Shown here: piece after piece, positions 45,071-57,050 of the stretch
Numbering within the stretch: the stretch's first letter is position 1
Layout of the letters: the number at the start of each line of letters is the position of its first letter
Source: Chlorokybus atmophyticus
Taxonomy: Eukaryota; Plantae; Mesostigma and Chlorokybus algae
Direction: 5' to 3'
Length of the DNA stretch: 64,000 nt
Assembly: GCA_009103225.1 (NCBI GenBank)
Contig: RHPI01000810.1
Span: forward strand, 1,496,190 to 1,560,189
Notes under the pieces: model-generated
The model's database searches: none
What the model saw: the letters and a program-made list of their open reading frames with translations, nothing else
What the model was told of the DNA's origin: nothing
Translations under genes and position numbers: made by a program

Positions 45071-46192
45071 CTACGCATGCAGCTTATGTAATGTCATAAT
45101 GAATGACGGTGTTGATAACTTGCGTAATGCGCTCCGAATTTATGACATTTGATGCGCAACGGTTTTAATGGCACACCCGCTGATTTCGTGTGAGTTAACG
45201 TACACGTTTAAAGCATAAAGGTTGCAGCCGTCGCTTGTAGCTGCTATAGTTAATGCCATTAAATGTGTGTGCCGGAACCATCGAAAATGATGAAAGTCTT
45301 GTGCGTGCGCGTGTATTATTGCTCACAGGTATGTCAATTGCATGGATTATGGGGTGCCATAATCTGCGCTCCCTTTGCAAATACACGCCTCCCGCTATTC
45401 CCCACAGCCCTTGCCTGCCCGCGCTGCTTGCCTCGCAAGTGTGTGTATTGTACTTGTGCTTGGAAGTCGATGATTTGCATATATGCATGCGGCTGTTGAT
45501 GACTGAGCCCTCATGTAATTTTATATGCCCTTATAATTTTCCCAATATAATGTACCATATATGCGCAACCATGCTGATGCATTCAATTTGCGTGTTCAAT
45601 TTTGCATGCAAACTTTGTGTGCACACCAAAGTAATGCCAGCAAACATGCTGTAAGATATATATATATACATGCGAGGGCTAAGGGCTTAATGCAAAGTAT
45701 GTGCAAGCGCGACAGCAACTGCAGCATTGACCAACTAATGACGACAATGACACAACAGCAGCAAGCGACGCACTACCTGTGTGGCAGTCGTATTGCTCAC
45801 TAATATGATTAACAATGTTGTCTATGTGCACAAGAGAGATGATACGCTGCATTTGCGAACGTGCGTACAAGCGCTTATTTATGGCACACATGGGACATGC
45901 ACATACACACACGCTGATGGTGTGACAGGTAATAAGTCTGCCTACATGCAAAGCTAACGGGGTGTGGGCTGTAGTAAAGGTAGCTAAGTTTGTATAGACA
46001 GCCCGGTTCTAATCAAGATATTGTTGGTAAGTAGGTATGTGGTATGTGGATTGCTGATGCACATGACGTGTGCGCGGTTTTAGTCACATGCATAGCATTG
46101 TATATATGCTACACATTTCGTGTAACAACGCAGACAATGCTATGCTCGTACACACCCACGCACCGCCCCCCTTTGTCCCCCCCCCCCCCCCC

Positions 46193-46219
46193 NNNNNNNN
46201 NNNNNNNNNNNNNNNNNNN
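46193..46219. other. Assembly gap (27 N) flanked by poly-C
   Basis: Direct reading. Confidence 0.95.
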
Positions 46220-48096
46220 CCCCCCCCCCCCCCCCTCGGCTCCGCATGCACAACACGCGCATATATACAGCCAGCTTAGCACACGCAGTATCAGTGCGCG
46301 CCTGGCTACTCTATGTTGCGGCATAGGGTTGCATGATTAGTATGCCACGATTGGTGTGAAATGTGCAGCTGGCAGTGTGGATGCATGGTGGCATGTTGTA
46401 ATGCATGTATGGGGATGTGGTGTATACTAGGTGGTGGGTGCTAGACCGAGGGCACTATGTATGAGTATAGTGGTGAAGCCCGCCTTGTTGGCCATGCCGG
46501 GCATTGCTTAAGAACAGCTAATGGACACTACATGGGGAGCAATGGCGTCTGCTCGTGTGAAGCCGGTGAAGCAAACACAGCGTCAACGCATCCGCACGCA
46601 CGCAGTTGGCGACAGGTCCAACCAATGCATGCTGCGCGCCAATGCGTGTAACCCTAGTAGTTGTGGTGCCAGCGGCAGTGCAGCCGGCAGGAGAGGAGGC
46701 GGCGAGGGTGTAGGCGAGAGAGATAGGGAGGGAGGGGGAGTCCACGTCCTCTGGTTGCTGTGGGTCGCTGCTGCTGCCGGAAGGCTGTTAACCAAGGCGC
46801 CTGTGCAGGTGACTTCAATTGCCATGCTCGCAAGCATGTCTACCAGGGGGGCAGTAGTAGCAGAATTAAAGGTAGTCAGTAAATAGCATGTAGGCGCCTT
46901 GTCCTGGTGGAGTCGATGTGGTGAGTATAATACAGTATGCAAGGATTGTGGTATGCATGAGAATGACACACATGCATGCAGTCCGCACACTACACCATCG
47001 CACTCTTATATTCACCACCGGAATGTCCAAGTTCACTACTTATCTACCTTCACTACTGCCCATACCCCGTGCAACACACATGCATGCACGTGTAATTACC
47101 TGTACAACACGACCTGACCATTGAGTGTTTGTGGTGTGTAGCGTATATGCAATGCTATGCATGTGTGTTGCATTGCATGTGCATGTAGGTTTGCATGTAC
47201 GAATTCCCTCTTGCATGTTTTGTACATACATAACATGATATGCTGCCAGCTAAATGGGTAGGCGGCCTACCCATTACATGATTAGTTTTACGCACTATGT
47301 GCATGCAATGTACATACACAGTGGTGAAATAGCACTGTGACTGCTGCTGACTGTTTGCTTGCGGCGTGTACATGGCTACATGCATGTCTCATGCTTATGA
47401 CCCCTTATGACCCCTTGCATGCGGTTTTATCAGCACTCCATCTTTTGTACACCTACGCCTACCTGCGCATGGTGGCACAGCTTATCAGATAAAAGCAGCA
47501 ACAGCTGCTGCTGCTCTAAGCTGCTGGCAACAACACACGCACCCCGCCAGCGTGTCATCAGCAGCTGCTAGCAAGGACATAAACATGCGCGCGCTGCATT
47601 CTTGTACACACGCATCAACCATGCAGCAGCTGCAGGCACTGGTGACACACACGCATGCGCACCAGCCAGTTGCACGGCTGCGACATGCACAATCACACAG
47701 GAGCATGTCCGCGCACACACACTGTGAGCAGCAATAGACAATGGTCTTCTGCTGCTGCCCAGGATGCATGCAATGCTGCACTCACACACTCGCACCTTGC
47801 GCACACACCCATGCACATGCATGCATACACGCACATGTCAACACCTGCGCTTCGTGCGCGCACACACATGCCACTGCACTTCAAGTACACGCGCATACAC
47901 AGCCTTGTTTAAAGCATAAGTGCATGCATGCATGCCACGTGCTGCACTTCACACAACCGTGCGCAGATGACGCTGCTGTGCTCTCTTCTTGGCACAACAC
48001 ATCGCATGTGTTAGCGTGCAGTGCTGCTCTCATGGAAAACTGCTGGGTTGCCCTGCCAGTATGGTGCATAAAAATGAATATGTATGTTACAACTGT

Positions 48097-48829
48097 CTAT
48101 AGCGTGTACCAGGGCAGCCACTCAGCGATGGAAACAACCATGCCGTCCATATTCTTGCCTAGTTTAAGCTGACAGCTATAACGGTAACTGCGGCAACATG
48201 TCGTTAGTACACATAACATGGACCCACACACAAGCTGTTCAGCATCCATGCGTACAGCAAACCTTTTGAGACACTTACTTTGACGATGCTCCTTCAGGTT
48301 TGAGCGCCTCAAGGATGTCCTGCTCTGTGGAGTTGCGCTCGGGCAGTGCTTGCAGCGCCTCGTTTGACACAGTAACATGGCAATTTCCGCAGTTGCCAAA
48401 GCATTGCCCTTCAACCAGCCCTCGTGAATGATCTGCGCAGCAACCGCCATTAACACACGAAAGCAGGTGACCAAACAAACATTACACCAGTTCACCTGGT
48501 TGGAAGACTTACATTCTTGATGCAACTCGCTGGTTACGAGCGCATCTAGCAACGACCTTCCAACGAGTCCTTTGATCTGATGCCGGTGACCGGAGCGATC
48601 AAACACCGTGATGTCAATCCTGCAGCATTCACCTCGCATAAATAGCAAGCTGATGCATGAGCTGGAAATAGCATAATGAGGCCAACAACAATACTCACGT
48701 CTTTTCTGACACTCGTGGAGCGGGAGTTCCAGGCTCATGCGACAGCACAGCGGGAGCGCTGCTGCCCTGACGGCACGGCGCGGCGGCCTGGGATAATCTT
48801 TGCAAGAGGCGCCCGCAACGCAGGGCCAT
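48097..48829 (-). CDS. Host gene: mitochondrial adrenodoxin-fold ferredoxin resembling the plant/algal complex I bridge subunit C1-FDX (4 exons)
   Basis: Spliced product: MALRCGRLLQRLSQ...VSEKT|IDITVFDRSGHRHQIKGLVGRSLLDALVTSELHQE|YHSRGLVEGQCFGNCGNCHVTVSNEALQALPERNSTEQDIL...|YRYSCQLKLGKNMDGMVVSIAEWLPWYTL*. It has a presequence-like N-terminus and a C-terminal PW. Confidence 0.8.
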
Positions 48830-49814
48830 TGTCCTCCTCCACCTCCACCTCCTCCTCCTGGTCACCCCTCTAGCTCCGCCGTGTCTAGCAGATGGCCAGC
48901 ATTAGGGTTAGGTTTTCAAGCGCACAGCTTGTGCGCGCTAGTGCGTCAAGAAGCGAGATGTAATCTCGCTACAGCTGATTCTCCAGCAACTTTAAAGGCA
49001 AACGCGCGAAACCTCATCGAACGGCCGCGCTGCAATCTGATTGGCCCGCCGGTCACATCAATGATGCAAGAACTTCTTTGTCCGTCGCAAAAGTCGCTTG
49101 CACGACCGAGGTCACCGTCCCTGGTTAGATCCAGGAGGCAACAGACACTAGAGACATAGGGGAACGGCCACAGCGCTGAAAGTATTAGCCTCAAACTGAC
49201 TGGACAAATGATGTGGGGCATTTGATGGCACGGCTCGTAAGCCAAAAAGGCTTACTTTGCATTGACATGAAGGCTGGCTTGTGAACAACGTGTGGCGGAG
49301 GCGGTCAGCGATGGCTGCCATATTAGTTTACTCTCTGATGATCAGACGGAGCTTCATGACCGCGGCTTGGCCCACGCTGTACGAGCCAAAAACGCCTGCT
49401 AGGCTAGCTAGAAGGGGGCGCGGATATCGGGCAGCTCAGATTAGATGTCGACGCAATCGCGATGACGGTTAATGTTTTGGCAACTTTTGACTTGAGCGTC
49501 TTAACCGCGGTACAACTGTGGTACGACTACGTTAGTTTCTCGCAAAGCACGTTTCAGCGGCAAGGGCGGCAAGGTGGGCGGCGGCGTCGGCGGTGGCGGC
49601 GGTGGGGAAGTTGGCGGCGGCTGGCGCGCTGCTTGTCTTGTGTCACTTACAATTGAAGGCGCTGTGGAGAAGCTTGGTGGTTGCTGGGCTTGGCGTCCGG
49701 CTATTGCAGGTGGGGTGGTAGGCTTCGGTAGGGTTTTGTCGGCTTGGCCTGGTGTGCGATGGGGTGGTGAGGCCCAGGTACCAGGCCTGGGGAGGCGGAG
49801 GGCTGGGCTGGGGA

Positions 49815-52282
49815 ATGGAGGTGGGACACGGGTGGGATTCAGGATTCGCCGGTCTGAAGCAGCTAGACACGGGCTTGGGAGTAGCTTCTCCATCCGCAGC
49901 TGCAGCTGTTCCGCTTGGCCAGCTGCCGCAGCAAGACTTTGCTGGGGGTGGCATTGACGGGCTTGGGGGTGTCGTCCGTGACAATTGGAGCTTTGACTTG
50001 GCCTCCATGCCTGAGGCACCGCCGAGGCTGCTGACAAGAAGCCGTCGTGTGGCCAGCGAGGCCAACCTGCATGACCTCGGCAAGCAGGACTTGAAGCGCA
50101 CTAGGAAGCAGGTACGCCGGCAGTTGCAGCCATTGCCGTTGGGGACAATGTAAGCACAATTGTTGAACACAATGAGGAGCCCAGTTACTTTTGCATGCAC
50201 TTGCTTGCAAGTGCGTCTCAAGCAGTATAGCATGGGGCTCTTAGCGGGTTTGGCCGCCATGCACAGTTCTATGGGCCGCGCCATGAGGTAGCTGCGTTTG
50301 GATGTCGCTGTGGCTGTCTTTACGTGGCTGCATTTGGTACTTGCTTTTGTAGGGCAAGGTTTTGTGGTGTGTCAAATGGTATTTCAGGTGGTCAGTCTGT
50401 TCATGTAAGCACAGCCACCTGGTCAGCCATAGGGAATTGTAGCATGCACATCATGGCATATGCGTTGGCGCTTTGCGGGTCACAGTACCCCCGCGACACA
50501 GTACCTCTGCTATGCTTTTGGGTGCCATGTATGCACTTGCGCGTAGTTGCATGTCAGCCATGCAAGGGCAGCACCTATGCTTACAAGATCATCACAAGCA
50601 ACTTGAACATGATCATGGCCTTCGCACCCTTTGCTGTCGCCAATGTGCATAACTGGTTGTGGTTGCGACATATATGCAAGAAAGCGCCATGAACGGTCGA
50701 TTACTTGTGCAATGCAGCTCTCTGGACCTTTGGATGACTTGGATGGGCTGGACAGCGACCAGTTGTTCTCCATGTTCATGGACGTTGAGAAGCTGAACCA
50801 CCAAGTGCCATTTAGTAGCGAACCTAAGTTAGCTCAGGTGTCTGAGAACCATCCGCTGCGCGCCGATCTGATGCATACCACTGGCCCAATTGGAGGCTCA
50901 ACTCTCATGAGCAACACCAGCCGCGGCATGCGTACCTCAGCGTCAATGCCTCTCCTTGCAGGTGTGTAGTGTGCAGCGCTGTGCGTGATTGATAGCCATC
51001 TGACCACCAAGTGTTGCAGGTGTTAGTGGTGCGACGGGGCAGCTTGTGCGTGTCAAGTCACCTGGCAGTGAGAGTGAGAATGGAACGTTTGGTGACAGCA
51101 CTCCCCGTGGGCTTGGTTTGGGCAGTGCTCGCTCAGCTAGTGCAACCAGCCTCGCGGGCTTGGGTGACCCAGTCCGGGACTTGGCATCAGCTGCCAGGCC
51201 ACGGCAAGCCAAGGCTATGGGAGAGCTGCAGATGGCCCTGCTAGATCCGAAGAGGGCCAAGAGGTATGTTCTGTCTCCATTGTTCGACCTCTGAGTCGTA
51301 ATTTAACAGCGGCATGTGCGCAAGGTTTACGTTTCGAGTGCGCTCTACCAATGATGAAACACTTGCATGATGCATAGTCCTGCAGTATTTGACGCATAGA
51401 CATATTTTTGTGGTCGCAGGATCCTTGCCAACCGTCAGTCTGCTGCTAGGTCAAAAGAACGCAAACTGCGATACATATCAGAGTTGGAGCGCAGAGTAGC
51501 TGGTCTCCAAGCTGAAGCAACGGCGTTGACTGCACGCATGGCAGCATTGCAGGTGAGTCGGGAGGGGCCAAAGGCAATTCGTTCTGTTGGACAGCAGCTT
51601 ATGTGCCATTCATCTTGGTCGTGCAGAGGGATAGTGCGCACCTAGATAGTGAGAATGGGGAGTTGCGCTTGCGCTTGCAGGCTATTGAGCATCAGTCCAA
51701 CTTGCGAGATGGTAAGTGTAAACTGTCCAACGTGTAATAGCCTTGGCTGGCACTAAGTGGCATGGCTCTGTTGACCACTTCTGTATTGCAGCACTCCATG
51801 AAGGGTTACAGAAGGAGGTCACCCGGTTGAAACTTGTCACTGGCGAGAACACGTCAGTGGGTTCATCTTCGACCCTCAATTCCATCCAGCACCAACGCCC
51901 TAAACAGGGTGTGCATGACAGACAAAGCTCTCACGTACCAGGTCAAGCAGCTGAGGCAGCCGCCAGTCAGCACCAACAACAGGCACAACAACAGGCACAG
52001 CAGCAGCATTTGCCTACTCTGGCTCCCGCATCGGCTGCGGAACAAGCGCAGCAGCAGCAAGCAACAAAACCAGCACAGACCGAGACAACTCCAGCTGAAC
52101 AGGCCCAGCAGGCTCAAAAACAGCGGCAACAGCAACAAATGCAACAGAAACAGACATTACAGGTGCCCAAAGCGAACGGCAATATCAATGCGCAAACTGG
52201 GTCGTTGTTGATGTCGCATTCTGCTGGCGCTGCAGTCGCATCTGCGTCTGTTGGAGCCACGTATGGCGTTGGTTCGTGTTGA
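49815..52282 (+). CDS. Host gene: group-I bZIP transcription factor (VIP1/PosF21/RF2-like), 6 exons
   Basis: [12 protein letters not shown]; [13 protein letters not shown]|[44 protein letters not shown]|[28 protein letters not shown]|[14 protein letters not shown]; Gln-rich tail. Introns 51264-51419, 51553-51626 and 51712-51791 fall at the family-typical positions. Confidence 0.92.
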
Positions 52283-54099
52283 GCACCTTTAGGTGGTGAG
52301 CAGGTTAGCAAGGTTGGTTTGCGTAGCTGTACAGGATCTAGCCTAGCGTAATTTTGTTTTCTTTTCACACAACGCCCATCCTCTCGATGAGGCATTGCAT
52401 ATCAGACCCAAAGCATATGCGCGCGCTAGCAAGCAGCTGCTGCAGGGCATGTGCAATGTAATTGAGCTGTTATATACAGGAAAATGGTAGCTGTAGTGGT
52501 CAGCAAACTTGCTGCAAACCAAGCAACATGCTGCATGCCGTCACAGATCATATAGCTCTATTTGTATAATAATGCGCCTGAAGTCGCCCAAATTGTTGCA
52601 TTCACTCACATTGGTCAGCTGATCAGTGTTGTGTACAGGTTATGCGAGCAACTGATATGAACATGCCCTAGCTCTGCCTTGGCCCCCACGTTATCTATGC
52701 TTGTGTGCTTGGCGTGCTTACACAGTACAAACATTAGAGCTGCGCGAGGCACACTTGTCAAAAAAACAGGCGCGCGTGCAAGGCAAACGGTTGTGCACGC
52801 AACAACGCAAGCAAGCACGCAATCAATTGCGTTGGGGGGCCAAGCAAAGTGTACAATAAGGACTCTTGTATAGCAGGACTCACACTACGACCTAGCACTA
52901 AGACCCGCAAGTAGCATGCATGCCGGGTCCCTGGCTGATGATGATGTTGCTGCGGTGGTTGCTGTGTTGTGTTGTGACATGTGCCATGGCTGCATGTGCA
53001 ATACATTTGCCCTGTTGTGCACTCGACACTACCTATGCAATGTGCTACACTTGCCATAACAAACAACAGCGATTGTGAGTGCCAGCAGCGCGATCCACTG
53101 GACACCACCAAAGCGCAACTGGCGGCCGCAGCAGATGGGGGCTGTAGCCGTTGTCAAGTCCAGTCGTGCTTGCTGCTGCGTGGCGTGGACGAGGCTAACG
53201 TGGTGCTGCTGGTGGTGGCAGGTGATCCCTGGACCTTGCTGCTGTTCTTCCCCTCCCCCACCCCTCTTCTGCTCGCTCATGTCTAGTGCACGTAGCTAGC
53301 ATAGAGGGCCCCCCACCCCGTTGTTAGCAATTGCTGTAGTTATTGCTGTGTTGTGCTATGTTATGCCGTTGCCTTTGTTGCTGTAATGCCAGCCTTGCCT
53401 GATACCATGGCCCCGATGTACCTTATGCATTCAACCCGGGATTCTGGTTGAAGCCTGGCTCAAACCTTCGGGGAGTGGTCTGCTCCCATCGCCCGGTGCC
53501 TCAAGGGGCAAGCCCTTCATGCTGTTGTGTGGAGTATCCTTATGATTGTTTGGGTTGTGCTGCTGTTCTTGCTGCCCGTTACGTCCTGTGTAGATAAGTT
53601 GCCTGCCTGCCTGTGCTGTGTAAGTTGCCATAGGTGGGACCCAAGCAATAGAGCACGTAGTTGGCAGGGATACTGCGAGGCCAGCACACAACGTGATGGA
53701 GTCGCAGCAGTCGCAAGCTTCCACTCCACCCTAGTGTGTCCACATACGCGCACTCCACCCTACCTATCCTCCGCAAGACTTACGACAGACGTTGCGAGCA
53801 ATTTGCTTTGCAACCTGCCCATGATACACACGTCATTTATGCTATGTACCCCTTGGATGGGATATACAAGTACTATGTGAGCGTTTAAAACAGCATGCCC
53901 AAAAGGCTTGTTCAGCACAGGCAACACCTCTGGAGAAGGACATGCTTGTCCCGGCGTACACAACTGGGGTGTTTTGCCTATCTAACATATCCCACTGATT
54001 AACATGTCTGCAGATGAGTAACAATACGCAGCTCGCCATCGCGAAAAGAAACAATTACAAATGGTCAAGTCACACGCTCCCCTGGGCTTCAACCAGGAT

Positions 54100-57050
54100 C
54101 TTAGAACTGAACAGTTGTCACTTGACTATAATGGCTTGGGACTTGGTCTCTGAACGTTGATGACGACTATAGTGAGAATTGAGGTGTTGGGAATTAAGTT
54201 GTACGGACATTGCTCTTCGGAGTGCTCTCAACTGAACGCTCTCTGGAGGTTGTGGCTTGATGTGACTGCATCACCTCGTCACCCCAATTGCCAAGACACA
54301 TCCACACATGAGAGGGTGCAGTGTATACATACGTGCATTGCTTGTCACTTGATGTGATTGTGGTTGCGCGGGTGCACGTTGTGTCGTCCGTATTAGAGTG
54401 TGGTATCCACATGTTGTCGCATTCTTTCACCTCACTTAACAATGGGATCTTGACCTCATGCAGAAACTATAAGCAGCACTACTTTTGGTAGTGGCTTGTT
54501 GCCTTATTGTGTCATCCTCCTTGTACAAGTGAGTGTCGTGCATTAGTGTTGCTTGCATTCTTGCAGTGACATTGGTTGCAATCGTGTTGTGTTATCATTG
54601 TCAGCACATAGTGCATGTACACGCACTAGTGTGTTGGTTGGTAGCATTGGGGAGCAACAGTAAAGCACACACACTCTGCCTCGCTCTCTGCTGCGCTCAC
54701 CGTGCGACTTGCATGAGCGAGTCCCCAGCAGCCAAAGAGTCCTCTCATTGTTACAAGCTTTCCCCTGCTGCTTGTGCGACCCCAAGCAACTTTAATAGCT
54801 GGTCGGGCTCGAACCTGTCCGATAGAGGATACGGCAAAGAAGAGGTGACGACAACATCGACAGCCCCCGCTCTTCCCAAGCACACAGTTCGAGACATAGG
54901 GTCTCATCATCGAGTTGAAGACTTCATAGACCAGCTCGACACATGACATGGAGTCATTAGGCTCCACGAATGGTCTCACCCTTTCCGGACATCCTGGCAC
55001 AACATCATTAGACGATTGGATCATGAAGTTCGACGCCAGGATGAGCTACTATGCGATCAACACTCCCAATTGATGATGTAATGTCGTTGTGCATGGCTGC
55101 ACCTGTCTTAGACCATGAGGCGCATGAGGTGTAAATGTTAGTTGCTGCACAACATAAGATCGGAGGGTACAGGGTGCTAGCCGGCATGCACCGGAGCCCT
55201 ACCCATGGATGCATCAACCCCTGGCGCCTATACCACGCCCATTGTTCAAGCTGCCTCACTGCAAGGTCCAACCCTTGCGGAAGCTCCGGCCGCAGCGCAG
55301 TTGATAGCTGAAGCCGATGTACCGCCGATGGTCGCAGCACTGGCCGATCGTAAACTAGCGGAGGCACAACAAGCCCGTCGTGCCCAAGTACGCCTGTTGG
55401 CATGTTGACTCCGAAAAGGACAACGAACATCAGTGGATGCGGCACGCAAGCACGCCAATGAGATGCTGCTGCAGAAACTCTTGTCCATACAAGATATCAA
55501 GGGACCCAAGACACAGCTGCAGGCAATACCCTGTCTTCAGGTTCCGTCAGCATGCGAGAATCTGCCCTCACTGTTAGGGTGAACCGCTCGGTGTCACCCT
55601 TGCGGGACTTGTATCTTGCGATTCGGCGTACATTCCCACCACAGACTAGTCTCAGGTGGAGGAGTTGCGTCACTACAAGCACAAGGCAGGGGAGGATCCC
55701 CTACACACTTACACGTGCATGGTCAAGCTGCTGAAGAAAACCAACTACAAGATCCTCAATGACAAAGCTGCCACTGTGGTGTCGTTAGTCAACTGAAGCC
55801 TCCACTGAACAGAATGGTGGACAACGCTCTCAACAACACCCGACTACAAGGGTACTTGCTGCTTCAAGCTTTAAGAGCAGCCGCGGCATCCACGACTGAA
55901 AGGTGTGGATGAGAGCAGTGCTGGACGTGAACTCCGGTCCTTCATGTGCCTCTGCCTCTACATCGGACCCAAGCCGACGTAACCGCAAGTCTTACCCCAC
56001 CAACACGCCCAAACCTCTTTCGAAGTCAACTCACGCTGCACTTCCTGCTCCTGTGTTTTGTTATCGGTGTGGTCGTTACGGCCATTACCAGAAGGACTGC
56101 ACAGAGGAATATGGCAACCTGCTATGCAATTACTGCTACAAGAATGGACAATTGCAGGCAGTCTAATTTGCCAAGCACCTTGAGTTGAGACTCTTAGGCG
56201 GCGACAATGGCAGCAGCAATTACAACAACAACAATAATAACAACAATGACGGCAACAACAACGGCAACAAGGGAAAGGAGCTAGCCAACAACGGCTATCG
56301 AGGGAAGGACAACCCTCCAAAACATAAACAACACCAACAAGGTGGATTAAAGGCAGGCAACGCCGCATGCAAGGCGCCTGTTGCGAAGGGCACAGAGGTG
56401 GTTGCAGCTCTCAAAACACGGATGGATAAGCTTTAGGTGCGATGCTGCAAGGCAGGGAGGATGAGTACCGCGCGTGCTACACAGCGCGGTGGGCGGCCAT
56501 GGGAATGAATCGTAAGGAAGTGACCCCGCCTACTCGCATACAACCACCACAACATGCCCGAGGGAACCCCGGGCCATCCACGATAGGGGCATGATTGCTT
56601 ATGCTGGCCAATTGGCGACAACAGCAACGACAACGGCTTCATCACAAGCTGCCACAACGAGTGTCTCGGAGTCAACTTCCGCATCGGCTGAAGCTCTTGC
56701 CGACCCCACAACAAGTGTCGCGACACAAGCAGCCACAGCCGCCATCAGTGACAACCTTGTGGCAACCATTGCTGCGACCCCAGCTGTCCTCGCTGACGAG
56801 TCAGCTGCAGCAAACTCATCTGTAGCAACCATCGCCGCTGTTGACACTACAGCTTAGCCGTCAAGCGCTGTGGGCACCACCCAAACCAGCACCGCTGCCT
56901 TGGGAACCACTATGGCCGGACCATACACGTCCACCATGGCTGCCTAGAAGCAAGGCCTTCCACGTCCGCAGCTGCGAAAGCCGCACCAACCACTGTAGCC
57001 GACGTGTCAGCAGCACTGCTCCCGCTTGGGCATCAGCCAATGCTGTCATG
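54100..57050 (+). mobile_element. Retroelement copy B (same gag family as 6564-10643), older and more decayed, with two CCHC knuckles
   Basis: Upstream 54370-54680 is homologous to copies A and C. Translation includes RRTFPPQT, FCYRCGRYGHYQKDC..LLCNYCYKNG and an Asn-rich tract at 56220-56270. Confidence 0.65.

Noticed and set aside
45100-48000. Many short His/Cys/Met/Ala-rich ORFs
   Set aside because: They arise from low-complexity TGCA/CATG/CACA-rich non-coding DNA, with no domains or consistent splice structure.
53441-54100. Possible ~660-bp MITE bounded by a 16-bp imperfect inverted repeat (GATTCTGGTTGAAGCC)
   Set aside because: No target-site duplication and no second copy in the window.
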